A DNA stretch of 64,000 nucleotides from the human T2T-CHM13v2.0 reference genome, Homo sapiens, in NCBI RefSeq assembly GCF_009914755.1, contig NC_060940.1. The stretch is one strand, 5' to 3'. The notes under the pieces were generated by a model, which worked only from the letters and a program-made list of their open reading frames with translations, searched no databases and was not told the origin of the DNA. The position numbers and the translations under genes are program-made. This document shows positions 1-13,600 of this stretch, one piece after another. How positions within the stretch are numbered: position 1 is the first letter of the stretch; every line of letters begins with the position of its first letter.

Positions 1-1266
1 TGGAGTGTGCAGGGTGGAAGGAAGAGGTCCTGGGGGTCTAGGTGTCCCCATGCCTGCCTTTTGCACCAAGGACAGGTGAGGCTCTGGAGACAGGCAGCGG
101 GACCTAGAGCCCCCTTCCCCAGGCTGAGAGCCTCCAGGGCTGGGGATTGGATAAAATCTCCAAGGTCCCTTCACACTAGACTGTACTTTGGGTGTTGAGG
201 GCATAGAGGGGTGGCCGGGCTGGGACCTTCCAAGCAGGGTCCATTAGGGCCAGTCCAGGGGGCAGCAAAGTCCAGGATGGGCCCAGCTATTGACAAAAAC
301 CCAACAGAGCTGGGGCAGGCGGGTGGGGGATGGGGAGCAGTCCCCTGAGTTTACTCTCTTCTCCCAGGGGAGTTGGCCTGGAGCTTCTGTAAACAGAGTG
401 TCAGAGGCAGGAAGAGGCTCTGGTGATGAGCAGCCCAGCTGGATCCCCTCCAGACCATTATCTAGCCTCCCCTGGGCCTGGGGAGGGAGGATGCGCACAC
501 ACATGCCAGCCTGGGGGCCGGGCACTGCCTGTCCCCACCCCGCCCCCGTCTCCTGCACGTTGGAACAGCTGTCCTGCTACCTGTGGGTCCGGAGGGTCAG
601 ATGGGGATGGGGCTGGGGGCTGGGGTCCCAGGGCATTTGTCCAGATGGCACCTCTCTCTCCATATTCTGGGAATGGGAGAATGGGATTCAGCATAAGGAG
701 CCTCTCAGACACTGCCCAGACCTGTGCTTACCCGAGGAAGGCCCCTCTGGCACGCAGCCCAGGGGCCAGGGAGATGGCAAGGGAGATGCCCCGGGCAGGA
801 GATGGGTCCGCGGCTCCTAGCTTCCATTACTGTCACCCCCACTGACAGCCCCGGGGGAGCTGGGACAAGTCCCAAGTACAGAAAATTAAGTCCTTGCCTG
901 GGCTTATAAGTGGGTCCCAACACAACACTGGGCAGCCTCTGGGAACAAGAAAGCAGGGCCCTGCTGAGCCCAGGAGGGAGCTCCCACCTCAGCAGGCCAG
1001 ACAGCCAGTCCTGCCAGTGAGCAGAGGTGTGTAGAGGGGAGGCTGCCCACAGGGATGGCTATCCCTGACCACTGGCCAGCCCTGAGCTCATGGGAGGGCA
1101 GCAAGGCCACCTAACTCTGTTAGTGACCTCTCCTGGACCCCCCATCAGCTGCCCTTAGAGTCCCCTCCCTGGGCTGGGGAGCCCAAGGCTCTGTGCTGCC
1201 AAGAAAACCAGCTCCCCTCACTGCTGTGGAATTTGCGTGAGTTCTTGGAGAAGGGGGAGGGTGCAC

Positions 1267-1288
1267 GTGTGTGTGTGTGTGTGTGTGT
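1267..1288. repeat. (GT)n microsatellite
   Basis: About 11 GT units. Confidence 0.9.
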
Positions 1289-2555
1289 CTGCAGGAGCAC
1301 TGCCCAGTGGGCGTGTGTCTGGCGTGGGCGTGTCTGTGTGCGCGTGACTGGAGCAGGGCTGTGTATTTGGGGGTGGGTGGGGGTGTTTGGGGGAGCCTGC
1401 TTGCACCAGGAGGGGCAGGGCCTCAGCCTCCTTCCTTTTATCGGTTTCCACATTCCAGAGTCAGCCGGATCGCTTTCCCTCCGCGCTGGGCCGCCGGCCT
1501 CCCCCGCTTTTCCTCATTCCAGCCTCCCTGGGTGTGAGGAGGCTGGAGGAGGCTCCCTCAGGCCACCTCGGTTTTGGGCAGGGGGTGGGGGCAGGCGAGG
1601 GGCCAGTTATTCTTCAGGGTTCGGGACGGCCCCCACCAGACTCTTCGTGGGGAATGCAATAAGGTTCTGACATTCCTCAGGGGCTGCCTGAGAGATTTAA
1701 TTAAGGAGGGAGGAGGGAGCCGGCCTACACCGGGAAGGGGCTGGGGCGGCCGCTGGGGCCCCTGCTGGCCCTGGGCCCCGAGCCCGGCTGGGCATTGAGA
1801 GCAGTGCGGGGGCAGGGTTGTGGTTCAGTGGCCAGGTCCTGTTCTGCCTCCCTGAATCCATCCCGCCTGCCCATTGATCAGCTCACAGACCCCAGGGGCG
1901 CCATTTCTGCCACGGGTTGGCCAAGAACCCTGGGTGATTGTGGGGGGTTCGGCATGGGGAGCTTGAGAAGGGCAAGACCCCTTCCAGGGCCACTTCCTTC
2001 TCAGACCCCCAGGCCCAGGAAGCTTAGGGCTGGCGGCCTTCCTTGGTGACTAAGGTGTTCTTCTGGCAAGTTCAGGGTTAATTGCAGGTTAGGGCCTTAC
2101 TAGATGGGTGCTTGCCCCTGGGTGGGGACAGGGCAGTGAGGAGGCCCCGTGTGAGGGCCCAGCCCTGGTGGCATCACACCTGCCGCGTGCCGAAAGTGGC
2201 ATCTGGACTGGCCCATTTCTAGTTGGGCTGCAGCCACTGCACAGCTCCCAGGGCCACAGGTGTCCTCCCTGACAGGTTGCACCTCTTGTGACTACGATGG
2301 CACGTCCCACCGCCCCAGGGGCTCACTTGAGCTGGGGCCTGGCCTTAGTCACTGGTCTCCCTGCCCTGGGCTAACAGGTCTGGCAGCTGCCAAGTCACCC
2401 ACGGTGCTACTGAAGGCACCCACCTGGGGCCGGGCCAGCCTCCTGGGTGGAGGGAGGAGGGAAGACCCTGTGCCTGCCCCTCTCCCAGCCCTGCCAGCTG
2501 GTCCACACCTGCTCCAGGATACAGAGCCTCCTCCCTGCACAGGAAGACGAGCTGA

Positions 2556-3070
<515 letters not shown>

Positions 3071-6000
3071 GCGTCACAGGTGGGAGACGGAAGCCCAGAG
3101 AGGGGAGCTTGCTTGGATGAGGTCACAAAGCGTGTGAGTGCCTGACTGAGCTCCTGGCTGTGGCATTATCTGTGGAATGAAGAGCGCCAGCTTGGGGTGG
3201 TGGATGGAGTAAGAAAGAGGCTGACACCCATGGGGACCCCCGCTCAATCACCAGCCAGGGGTCCCCGCGCCTATAGGGAGGGTCTACCTGCCGCAGTCCC
3301 TGAGGAACTCGAGGCCCAGCCCTCTCTGCCCCTTCTGTGAGGGCCCACGACCCCTGACCTCTCTGCCCTGCCCTTGGGACTGCTGTGTCCCAAGGAAGGG
3401 GAGACGGGGCGGACCCAGCCGGGCCCTGAGCCTCCTCGGACACGTCAGCGAAACTGGAGCCAGCCGTCCTGGCCGCCGGCACAGTCCCGCCTGCCTGGAG
3501 GGGTTGGCAGACTCCCGGGGCTGGGCTGCTGCCAGGCCTGACCGGCCACACAGAGCCTTGGCGGGCCAGCATGAGGAGCGGGGGCCCGGAGTCTCAGGGT
3601 CAGACCTGCAGCGCCTGTCCTGCACCCACGCTGAAGCATACGGCACAGGAGGGGCGTACTGGCCTCAGACTGTCTATCTGTCTGTCCAAGCCTGTCCCCT
3701 ACTCAGCAGGCACACCGCCTGCCCCAGAATCAGTGAGATGTGCTCGCCAGGGGCTGATGTGGTCACCAGATGCCTGGGTCCCACCCCAGCCATGCTATCC
3801 CCTGGCCCGTCCCCGCCTGACCCTGGGCGTGTGTGGTGTACCCCAGAGGTGGGTGGGCGTCCCCCTGGGAGTTGAGATGACGAGTGCCTTGTCCTCCTTA
3901 CTCATAGGGCCCCTCCCTGAAGTCCTGTGCTGAAGGGGCCGCCAAGGGACAGCTCACCCACCACGTGCCCCCTTCCAGAACCAGAGATACCCCACCCCCG
4001 CTCCCCAGCCCCCAGGGTGAAGGGCAGCCTTGGTGTGGGGATGTCTGATCTGTGTAAAGCTGGCCTGAAACCCTCTCCCTTAGTAGTACCCACGCCCAGG
4101 GGGCAGGCAGAGTTCTGCGTTTATGAGTGACGCCCTCCGCAGTGAATGTTTACCGACCACTTGGCAAGTGCTCCGAGCACAGACCAAGTCACCCCAGACA
4201 CAGGCACCACGAGCACCACGAGCAGCGCCCACTGCACAATGGGGGCTGAGGTAGGGGTCGTGGCCGGGCTGTGGACCCTGTCGCCCTATGCCAGTTACTG
4301 TGCCAGGGAGGGAGCAAGGCCGGCAGCAGCACTCAGCAAGGCTGAGGAACTTGGGTGGAGGACGGAGGCCCCAGACCCTTGCGTCATCTTCCCACCCCCC
4401 GACGTCCCCGAATCCCAGGAATCCCAGGGCTGCCTCCGGAACACCTCCTGCACCAGGCAGAGGAAAAGGTCTCACCTCCCTGCCTGACTAGTGATCAAAT
4501 ATCAAAGCCCAGGTCCTGGGATCACCGGGTGGGAGGGTGGGTGGGCGGCGGCAACCACCGTGTGACCTGTAGACAGCCCCCAGCCCCACGCACACACCAA
4601 GCACACGCCCAGACCCCAGGCGGGCGGGACAGCTCCCAGAACTTGTTAAAAGAACTTCCCCATTTGAAAACAAACAGAACAACAGAAAACTACAACTCCA
4701 GAGGGTGAGGGGGCAGGGCTGCTTGCACCAACTCCAGAGGTGAGAAACTGAGGCCCACAGTTGAGAAAGGAACTCTGGCCTCTGTCCCCTGCCACCGTCC
4801 CCTCCACAGTCAGCCTTCCCTCGCTGGGTTCCTCTCGGGGCTGGCTGATGGGTTCTCAGTGCCAGGAGTCCCTGGCGGTGCCCTCAGAGCTGCCAGCCTG
4901 TAGCTTACAAACTCTGGGGTTTTCCAAAGCTCCAGCGCTGCCTCCTCCCTCCTCCCTTTGCTGTGGGGGTAGAATTGGGGCTCAGGCAAAAGAGCTCACC
5001 GCACATTTTACGGGGCTGGGAAGCAGGCTGGCTGCCGCCTGCTGGATGGTCAGCCCAGGACCCCAGCCCACAGTCCTGACCTAGACCCCTGTCCTGCTAA
5101 CAGGAACGCACATTCCACAGCTCACTACCTGTCAGCCGGAAAGCCACCCTGTGGCCAGATGGACCCACAGCATCCCCTCTCCCTTCACAACCTTGCTGAT
5201 TAAAGACCCAACAGATTACGGAGCCCAGAGCTATGGCTGGTCCCCCTCCCCAGTGCAGGGTGAAGAGCACCCCCCAGCACGTGCCCCTAAGAGCTGGCCT
5301 GCACACCTGGCCTTGCAGGGCTGAGGACTCCACATGCATCCCCCACTGCAGCCCTGAAGTGTCCCAGATACTCAGATGAAGAAACCGAGGTGTGAGAGCA
5401 AAGTCACTGTCTGCGGCCTCACAGCTTGAACACCTCTGAGCACAGGGCCGCCTGCCTGGAGTGAGCGCTCTTAACTGTGACCTTAAACGAGGCCCAAGGG
5501 GAGCTGCGGCCACAGTGGTGGCCAGGCTGGCCAGGCTGGCCACGTGGAGGATCCCCTCCCACTCTGGAACCTGGCTGCATCCTTCCTGACCCTGGTCTGG
5601 CCCTGCTGGGAGGGCTAATTCAGGCAGAGGTGGCCTCACCCCCCATATGGACATGGGGTGGGTGGGGGTCACTCACAGCCCACATCTGGAGGCCAGGCCG
5701 CACCCGCCGTCCTCTGAGTCAGTGAGGGTGGAGCGGGTCCCATGGGGGAAGAGAAGGCTAGGGGTGTGGCCCCAGGGCCTTAGGTCATCAGACACGAGCC
5801 CCCCTGGGGTGGGCTGGCCGGGCCAGGGACGCGTGCCTGGGGTTTGGGGTGCTAACTTCTTCCAGTGCTCAGTGCCAGGCCCTCCTGGGCTGTTCACTCA
5901 GCAGACCTGAGCTAAGTGGGCCTGGAGACACCTATGGCAAAGGCAGGCTGGGTCTCACCTTAGGGAGGTGAGGGGGCACACGACAGCAAGGGGGACACCG

Positions 6001-6866
6001 CTAGGTTGGGGAGGCTTAGCCTGCTGGCCTCTGAAGGGTGCTTGTTGTCGCTAACTGGCTAAGGGCTCAGGGTCGGTAGCTCCTAGGGGAGACGACTCTG
6101 GCAGTGCGATACTACACGTGGGCAGGGCCTGCGTGGGCCCAACCCCGGGGACAAGGGCTTCTTCCTTCACCTCGAGCTACCCGCAGACCCCAGTGGTCAC
6201 CTCACCAGTGACTTGTCTAATCTGTCCTGGGACCACCTGCTCCTCCTCACATTCCAGGAACCCACGTACCTGGGGGAGAGGGAGCCCTATGGACGGGTCC
6301 CCCCAGCCTGGGGCGGAGTGCAGGCTGGGTCGGGGTCGTGTTCCCTGGACTACCTGCACAGCCTGTGTGGGGGAAGGGGAAGCCCGGACTCCAGCACAAA
6401 GGGCTCTTGTGTGAGCTGCAGGCGCCACTGGGCAGGATGCTTCCTGGGGATGGGCTGGCACCCCGTATGAGGCTCAGGGACTTCTAGGGGTGCCAAAGTG
6501 GGGAGGGCTCTTCCTGGGGACGGCCCCAGCGGTCTCCCCAGGAGTCTAGGTGATGGGGGCCAGCCACAGAGCTGCCTGACTTGGGCAGTGCAGCTAAGAT
6601 CTGGAGCCTGGAGCGGCTGGTGGGAGCCCCCGCCCCCAGGGCCATCTGGAGGGCACGCACCCTTCACAGGTGGCTGCTGCACACCTGGGCTCTAGCTCGG
6701 ACTTGCTGGCACCGCAATGGCAGCGAGTCCCTGCACCTCCATGAGCCCTGCTTTCTTCTGTCTGCCCTGACGTGGCTGCTGGGGGGCTACCTGAGGTGAC
6801 GGTAAACACTTAGTGTTCCTTCGTCCTTCCCACTTCGCTGGCACATGGGAAGGACTTGCACCATCA

Positions 6867-7482
<616 letters not shown>

Positions 7483-8056
7483 CTAAGCAGGTCTGACTGC
7501 CCAAGTGGAAAAACATGGATCCCATAGTTTCCATGTGAAGTCTTCCCGCTGCATTCCCTCCTCCAAGGAGGGCGGGACACGGAGCGTGGCAGCAGGAGCC
7601 GGCGGCCAAGGCAGCCAGCTTCTCTGCTTACACACCCACCCAGCTGCCTGCCTGCCCCGTCTTCCAGACCCTGTAGGGAGGAGCTGCCGCTCCAAGTCCC
7701 ACCATTCTCTCCTTCCTGGTCCATCTCTGAGGCAGGGGATGGGGGAACCTACCTAGGCAGAGGCAGGAGGGCCTGGGGTTCAGGAGGAAGCAGTGCATGG
7801 TCACTGCACGTTCAGTGGATGTCATGCCCCATGATGACCTCTGTGTGCATTGACAAGGTCACACAGTGAGGGAGTGACGGGGCTGGGACAGAACCTGGGT
7901 CGGGGCACTGGCGACCTGACTCATAACCATTGGGTTCTCTTGCATTTGGGGGCAGAAGCAGTGAATTCCCTCTGGCTCTTCCTGGCGTGTCTGCCTTCTA
8001 GGCCCCTGACTCACAGTCTTCTGTCTCTGCCTCCTCTCTGCTCCCAGGGACAGAAG

Positions 8057-10078
8057 ATGTGCTCCAGGGTCCCTCTGCTGCTGCCGCTGCTCCTGCTACT
8101 GGCCCTGGGGCCTGGGGTGCAGGGCTGCCCATCCGGCTGCCAGTGCAGCCAGCCACAGACAGTCTTCTGCACTGCCCGCCAGGGGACCACGGTGCCCCGA
8201 GACGTGCCACCCGACACGGTGGGGCTGTACGTCTTTGAGAACGGCATCACCATGCTCGACGCAGGCAGCTTTGCCGGCCTGCCGGGCCTGCAGCTCCTGG
8301 ACCTGTCACAGAACCAGATCGCCAGCCTGCCCAGCGGGGTCTTCCAGCCACTCGCCAACCTCAGCAACCTGGACCTGACGGCCAACAGGCTGCATGAAAT
8401 CACCAATGAGACCTTCCGTGGCCTGCGGCGCCTCGAGCGCCTCTACCTGGGCAAGAACCGCATCCGCCACATCCAGCCTGGTGCCTTCGACACGCTCGAC
8501 CGCCTCCTGGAGCTCAAGCTGCAGGACAACGAGCTGCGGGCACTGCCCCCGCTGCGCCTGCCCCGCCTGCTGCTGCTGGACCTCAGCCACAACAGCCTCC
8601 TGGCCCTGGAGCCCGGCATCCTGGACACTGCCAACGTGGAGGCGCTGCGGCTGGCTGGTCTGGGGCTGCAGCAGCTGGACGAGGGGCTCTTCAGCCGCTT
8701 GCGCAACCTCCACGACCTGGATGTGTCCGACAACCAGCTGGAGCGAGTGCCACCTGTGATCCGAGGCCTCCGGGGCCTGACGCGCCTGCGGCTGGCCGGC
8801 AACACCCGCATTGCCCAGCTGCGGCCCGAGGACCTGGCCGGCCTGGCTGCCCTGCAGGAGCTGGATGTGAGCAACCTAAGCCTGCAGGCCCTGCCTGGCG
8901 ACCTCTCGGGCCTCTTCCCCCGCCTGCGGCTGCTGGCAGCTGCCCGCAACCCCTTCAACTGCGTGTGCCCCCTGAGCTGGTTTGGCCCCTGGGTGCGCGA
9001 GAGCCACGTCACACTGGCCAGCCCTGAGGAGACGCGCTGCCACTTCCCGCCCAAGAACGCTGGCCGGCTGCTCCTGGAGCTTGACTACGCCGACTTTGGC
9101 TGCCCAGCCACCACCACCACAGCCACAGTGCCCACCACGAGGCCCGTGGTGCGGGAGCCCACAGCCTTGTCTTCTAGCTTGGCTCCTACCTGGCTTAGCC
9201 CCACAGCGCCGGCCACTGAGGCCCCCAGCCCGCCCTCCACTGCCCCACCGACTGTAGGGCCTGTCCCCCAGCCCCAGGACTGCCCACCGTCCACCTGCCT
9301 CAATGGGGGCACATGCCACCTGGGGACACGGCACCACCTGGCGTGCTTGTGCCCCGAAGGCTTCACGGGCCTGTACTGTGAGAGCCAGATGGGGCAGGGG
9401 ACACGGCCCAGCCCTACACCAGTCACGCCGAGGCCACCACGGTCCCTGACCCTGGGCATCGAGCCGGTGAGCCCCACCTCCCTGCGCGTGGGGCTGCAGC
9501 GCTACCTCCAGGGGAGCTCCGTGCAGCTCAGGAGCCTCCGTCTCACCTATCGCAACCTATCGGGCCCTGATAAGCGGCTGGTGACGCTGCGACTGCCTGC
9601 CTCGCTCGCTGAGTACACGGTCACCCAGCTGCGGCCCAACGCCACTTACTCCGTCTGTGTCATGCCTTTGGGGCCCGGGCGGGTGCCGGAGGGCGAGGAG
9701 GCCTGCGGGGAGGCCCATACACCCCCAGCCGTCCACTCCAACCACGCCCCAGTCACCCAGGCCCGCGAGGGCAACCTGCCGCTCCTCATTGCGCCCGCCC
9801 TGGCCGCGGTGCTCCTGGCCGCGCTGGCTGCGGTGGGGGCAGCCTACTGTGTGCGGCGGGGGCGGGCCATGGCAGCAGCGGCTCAGGACAAAGGGCAGGT
9901 GGGGCCAGGGGCTGGGCCCCTGGAACTGGAGGGAGTGAAGGTCCCCTTGGAGCCAGGCCCGAAGGCAACAGAGGGCGGTGGAGAGGCCCTGCCCAGCGGG
10001 TCTGAGTGTGAGGTGCCACTCATGGGCTTCCCAGGGCCTGGCCTCCAGTCACCCCTCCACGCAAAGCCCTACATCTAA
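8057..10078 (+). CDS. VASN: Vasorin, 673 aa: signal peptide, LRRNT, about 10 LRRs, LRRCT, Thr/Pro-rich stalk, EGF-like, FN3, TM, short cytoplasmic tail; whole CDS in one exon
   Basis: MCSRVPLLLPLLLLLALGPGVQG signal peptide, LxxLxLxxN repeats, NPFNCVC LRRCT, CPPSTCLNGGTC EGF, TM LLIAPALAAVLLAALAAVGAAYCV, ends HAKPYI-TAA. ATG at 8057 follows a pyrimidine tract and CAG acceptor (exon starts 8048). The non-coding first exon was not identified and probably lies left of the window. Confidence 0.98.
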   Translation: MCSRVPLLLPLLLLLALGPGVQGCPSGCQCSQPQTVFCTARQGTTVPRDVPPDTVGLYVFENGITMLDAGSFAGLPGLQLLDLSQNQIASLPSGVFQPLANLSNLDLTANRLHEITNETFRGLRRLERLYLGKNRIRHIQPGAFDTLDRLLELKLQDNELRALPPLRLPRLLLLDLSHNSLLALEPGILDTANVEALRLAGLGLQQLDEGLFSRLRNLHDLDVSDNQLERVPPVIRGLRGLTRLRLAGNTRIAQLRPEDLAGLAALQELDVSNLSLQALPGDLSGLFPRLRLLAAARNPFNCVCPLSWFGPWVRESHVTLASPEETRCHFPPKNAGRLLLELDYADFGCPATTTTATVPTTRPVVREPTALSSSLAPTWLSPTAPATEAPSPPSTAPPTVGPVPQPQDCPPSTCLNGGTCHLGTRHHLACLCPEGFTGLYCESQMGQGTRPSPTPVTPRPPRSLTLGIEPVSPTSLRVGLQRYLQGSSVQLRSLRLTYRNLSGPDKRLVTLRLPASLAEYTVTQLRPNATYSVCVMPLGPGRVPEGEEACGEAHTPPAVHSNHAPVTQAREGNLPLLIAPALAAVLLAALAAVGAAYCVRRGRAMAAAAQDKGQVGPGAGPLELEGVKVPLEPGPKATEGGGEALPSGSECEVPLMGFPGPGLQSPLHAKPYI

Positions 10079-10686
10079 GCCAGAGAGAGACAGGGCAGCT
10101 GGGGCCGGGCTCTCAGCCAGTGAGATGGCCAGCCCCCTCCTGCTGCCACACCACGTAAGTTCTCAGTCCCAACCTCGGGGATGTGTGCAGACAGGGCTGT
10201 GTGACCACAGCTGGGCCCTGTTCCCTCTGGACCTCGGTCTCCTCATCTGTGAGATGCTGTGGCCCAGCTGACGAGCCCTAACGTCCCCAGAACCGAGTGC
10301 CTATGAGGACAGTGTCCGCCCTGCCCTCCGCAACGTGCAGTCCCTGGGCACGGCGGGCCCTGCCATGTGCTGGTAACGCATGCCTGGGCCCTGCTGGGCT
10401 CTCCCACTCCAGGCGGACCCTGGGGGCCAGTGAAGGAAGCTCCCGGAAAGAGCAGAGGGAGAGCGGGTAGGCGGCTGTGTGACTCTAGTCTTGGCCCCAG
10501 GAAGCGAAGGAACAAAAGAAACTGGAAAGGAAGATGCTTTAGGAACATGTTTTGCTTTTTTAAAATATATATATATTTATAAGAGATCCTTTCCCATTTA
10601 TTCTGGGAAGATGTTTTTCAAACTCAGAGACAAGGACTTTGGTTTTTGTAAGACAAACGATGATATGAAGGCCTTTTGTAAGAAAA

Positions 10687-10692
10687 AATAAA
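10687..10692 (+). terminator. VASN polyadenylation signal
   Basis: AATAAA about 610 nt after the stop, preceded by U-rich sequence and followed by GU-rich GTGTGTTTCTT. Confidence 0.88.
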
Positions 10693-13600
10693 AGATGAAG
10701 TGTGTTTCTTGGGCTCAGCCCCAGGGTAGAAGGGCTGGGTGGAGGGAGATGAAGAAGGAGTGGCCCTCGCTCTGGGGAGCCGGGGCCCTCAGCAGCCCCT
10801 GGGCTTGGGCAGCCCTCCCAGGTGTCCTGACCTGGGTGCCATCCACCCTAGGCTTGAATGAGGTGAGGCTGGGCCCAGGTGGGAGCAGGGCTGCCTCTGG
10901 CCTCGGACAAGGACGGGTCAGGGAGCCTCACCTTCCCCAGGCCCTGTCTTCTGCCAGCAGGGGCTCTGGCCCATGTGCGGCTGGGAGAGGCTTGTGGCAC
11001 ATGTGGGGCCAGGTGAGTCCCTTGTGGGTTGGTCTGATGGGCAGTTCACTGCCTGCTTTCCTCCAGGGACAGGGCCCTGGGCTCTCTCATTCCAGGCCTC
11101 ATGGATGGTCCCGGGAGCAAGTGGCCTCCGGGACCTTCTCTACAGCGTCCCGGGAGAGCCAAGCGGTTTGCATGGCCCCAGCCCCATGCCACTCCACTGC
11201 CCACCATGGGCGCAGCAGGAAATCCTGCTCCCTGCCTCCTGCCCCTGGCTACAGCGAGGGCTCTGGTGGGAGGGGAAGTGTGAATCATCAAAGGCAGGGA
11301 CCCCATGGGTGGGGAGAAAGGGGCCGAGCCCCAGTGAGCAGGACAAGCTGGGGGACAGGAACAAAGGGCCCAGGCTGGCTTGCAGACGGTGCCAGGATTG
11401 GTGGCCTTGGGATGCCCCCTCAGCCCCTGCATTAGGGATGTGCCCAGGCTTTCTGGAAACCCTAGAAGTGGGAGCATTTTCCAGGAAGGCTGCATGCTGA
11501 GGTGGGGGCAGTGATGCTGAGTGCAGCTGTGGCCTGGACTGGGTGCAGGGAGCTTGGGGACAGTGATGGACACACAGCACCTTTTCCTGTTACCCTCAGT
11601 GGGATGGAGGGGAGGGGACCCACTGGGCTGCCGCTGCAGGGGCACCCAGAACATGCTGGAGTGAGCCTCCTGCAGACCCCATGCCACTGTCCCACAGGTC
11701 ATGGCCCCGGCCCCCAGCACTCAGGCTCACCCCTGGTGGGACAGAGTCAGCCCAGCCAGACCCAGGGAGCAGGCCCCGTGGCGCGGGTGTTGATGTCAGT
11801 GCCGAGTCAGGCCCAGCCACGCGAGGCTCTGGATTCAATTAGCGGCTGCTGAGGGCTCTGGCACGAGGAGGGAGGAGGCGGGCCGTGGGTCATGGCGGGC
11901 AGTGGGTGGTGGCAGTGGGCCTGGGTGGGGCCCCTTCTTCCTGAGGCAGCGGCGGCAGCCCAGGTGGATTTCCTGTAGGCCTGGGTCCCATTAGGGGAGT
12001 GGCTGCGGCCAGGCCTGCCTCCCCCGGCCCGTGGCTGCATCGTCAAAGGGGCCTTTGTGGGCCTGAGGCTGCTGCTGAACACGGCGGCTGCTGAAGAAAT
12101 GTTTTCACTGCAAAGCAAACCTGGCCGAGTGGGATGGTGGCAGGGGGCAGTGGCGGGGGGGTGGCAGGGCCCAAAAAAAGGAAGCCTTCCCTGGAACAGT
12201 GTCTGGAGTGTGCCATCAGATCAGGGCTTCGGGGAAGGGGAGAACCCAGCCAGGGGGCGACCAAGCTGAGATGCAGCCTCGACCCGGGACAAGCCCCCCG
12301 ACTCTAGGCCAGGGACCAGGGGCAGACGTGGGGGTGTGCGAGCCCCCATCACCAGGTGCTGACTGCAGCAGGCCCTGGGCCATGTGGGTGACACATGCTC
12401 TTGTTTCATGCCCGGCGACCTCGTCTATTGAAAAGGAGTGGCCACAGGGAGGGAAGACAACATGCTCACAGTAAGTGGAGACAGGACCCCAGCACCTGCT
12501 CCCCAGCCACGGGTGGGGCTGCCGGCCACGCGGGAGGGCTTAGGGCCACTGTGAGCTACAGAAGCAATACACCCTACTTCTATGGGGGTAGGGGGTGATA
12601 CAGTTCACCCAGCCCCCTCACAGGCATTCACACACTCATCCCCGCTCAATTCACACCCAGAAGCGTGGCACCCAAGACAGGTGTATCTCTGCATCTCCAA
12701 GACCAAAGCATGAGCTGTTCCTTCAGTGCAGGCTGCCAGTCCCTCTCGTTATCCCCCCACCTCCACCCTGCGCCAAGCATGGTACCAAGCACACAAAGTG
12801 CTGGGCAGCCCTCCGTGGAGGCTGCCTGAGCACAGACAGGACCTTGGTGTTCGAGGCTGGCCTGGCTCCCAGCCCCTGCTCCTCTCACTGTGGCTGGCTT
12901 CCCCTTAGATACTCCACAAATGTCAGGGGAAGGGCATAGGTGGGACCACAGCGGAGGCCCCTGGGTGAGGATGAGGAGGGGACGGGGTGTGTGCACGAAC
13001 CCTGGCCTCCTCTAGCTCTCATAAGGGCACACACTGTTCTGCCCAAGCCAAGATGGAAAATCTGTAAAACAGAAGAACTCGAGGGTGGTGGAGTGGATGC
13101 AGTTGCCAACCTCCCCATTAGCCGTGCCCACAGATGACACTCCAGACTTTCCATGCTCAGCCTAGATTTGCTCAGAGGCCCCGGCACCCCAGGGAGTTAG
13201 TGGGGGGCTCCAGCTTCCAGGACGCCTGGGGGTGCAGGGGACCTGCCACCTCTCAGAACAGCTGGGGGGCTGGCACACATCCTTGGCATCCACCAGCTTC
13301 ATGGGGGCTGGCAGAGCAGGGGCCAGGGCTCGGGGGCAGAGGGGAGAGGACCCTAGCCTGGCCACCCATCTGGGAGTGATTTGAGAAATTCCAGTCCTCA
13401 CTGGTCCTTCGAGGCTATTCTTAACTGTGGTAATTACAGGGTCAGCCTTGGCCAGTGGCACCGTGAGGTCTGGGCATCATTAACTCCTCCAGAGGCCACA
13501 CTGGGGCCGGGCAGGAGACGCTTTCAGGGGATGGGGACCCTGTCACTGGGGGCAGAGCCTGGAAGGCAGGAAGTGGTGGGTGGAAGTGACTGGTGCCAGG

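Noticed and set aside
7850-8056. 69-codon N-terminal extension of the VASN ORF in the track
   Set aside because: Starts at TTG, has no Met and runs through the pyrimidine tract and acceptor at 8047; it is intronic, and the signal peptide begins at 8057.
7998-10019. Long antisense and alternate-frame ORFs over VASN (up to 203 aa)
   Set aside because: Expected shadows of a GC3-rich, Leu-rich CDS; no domain content.
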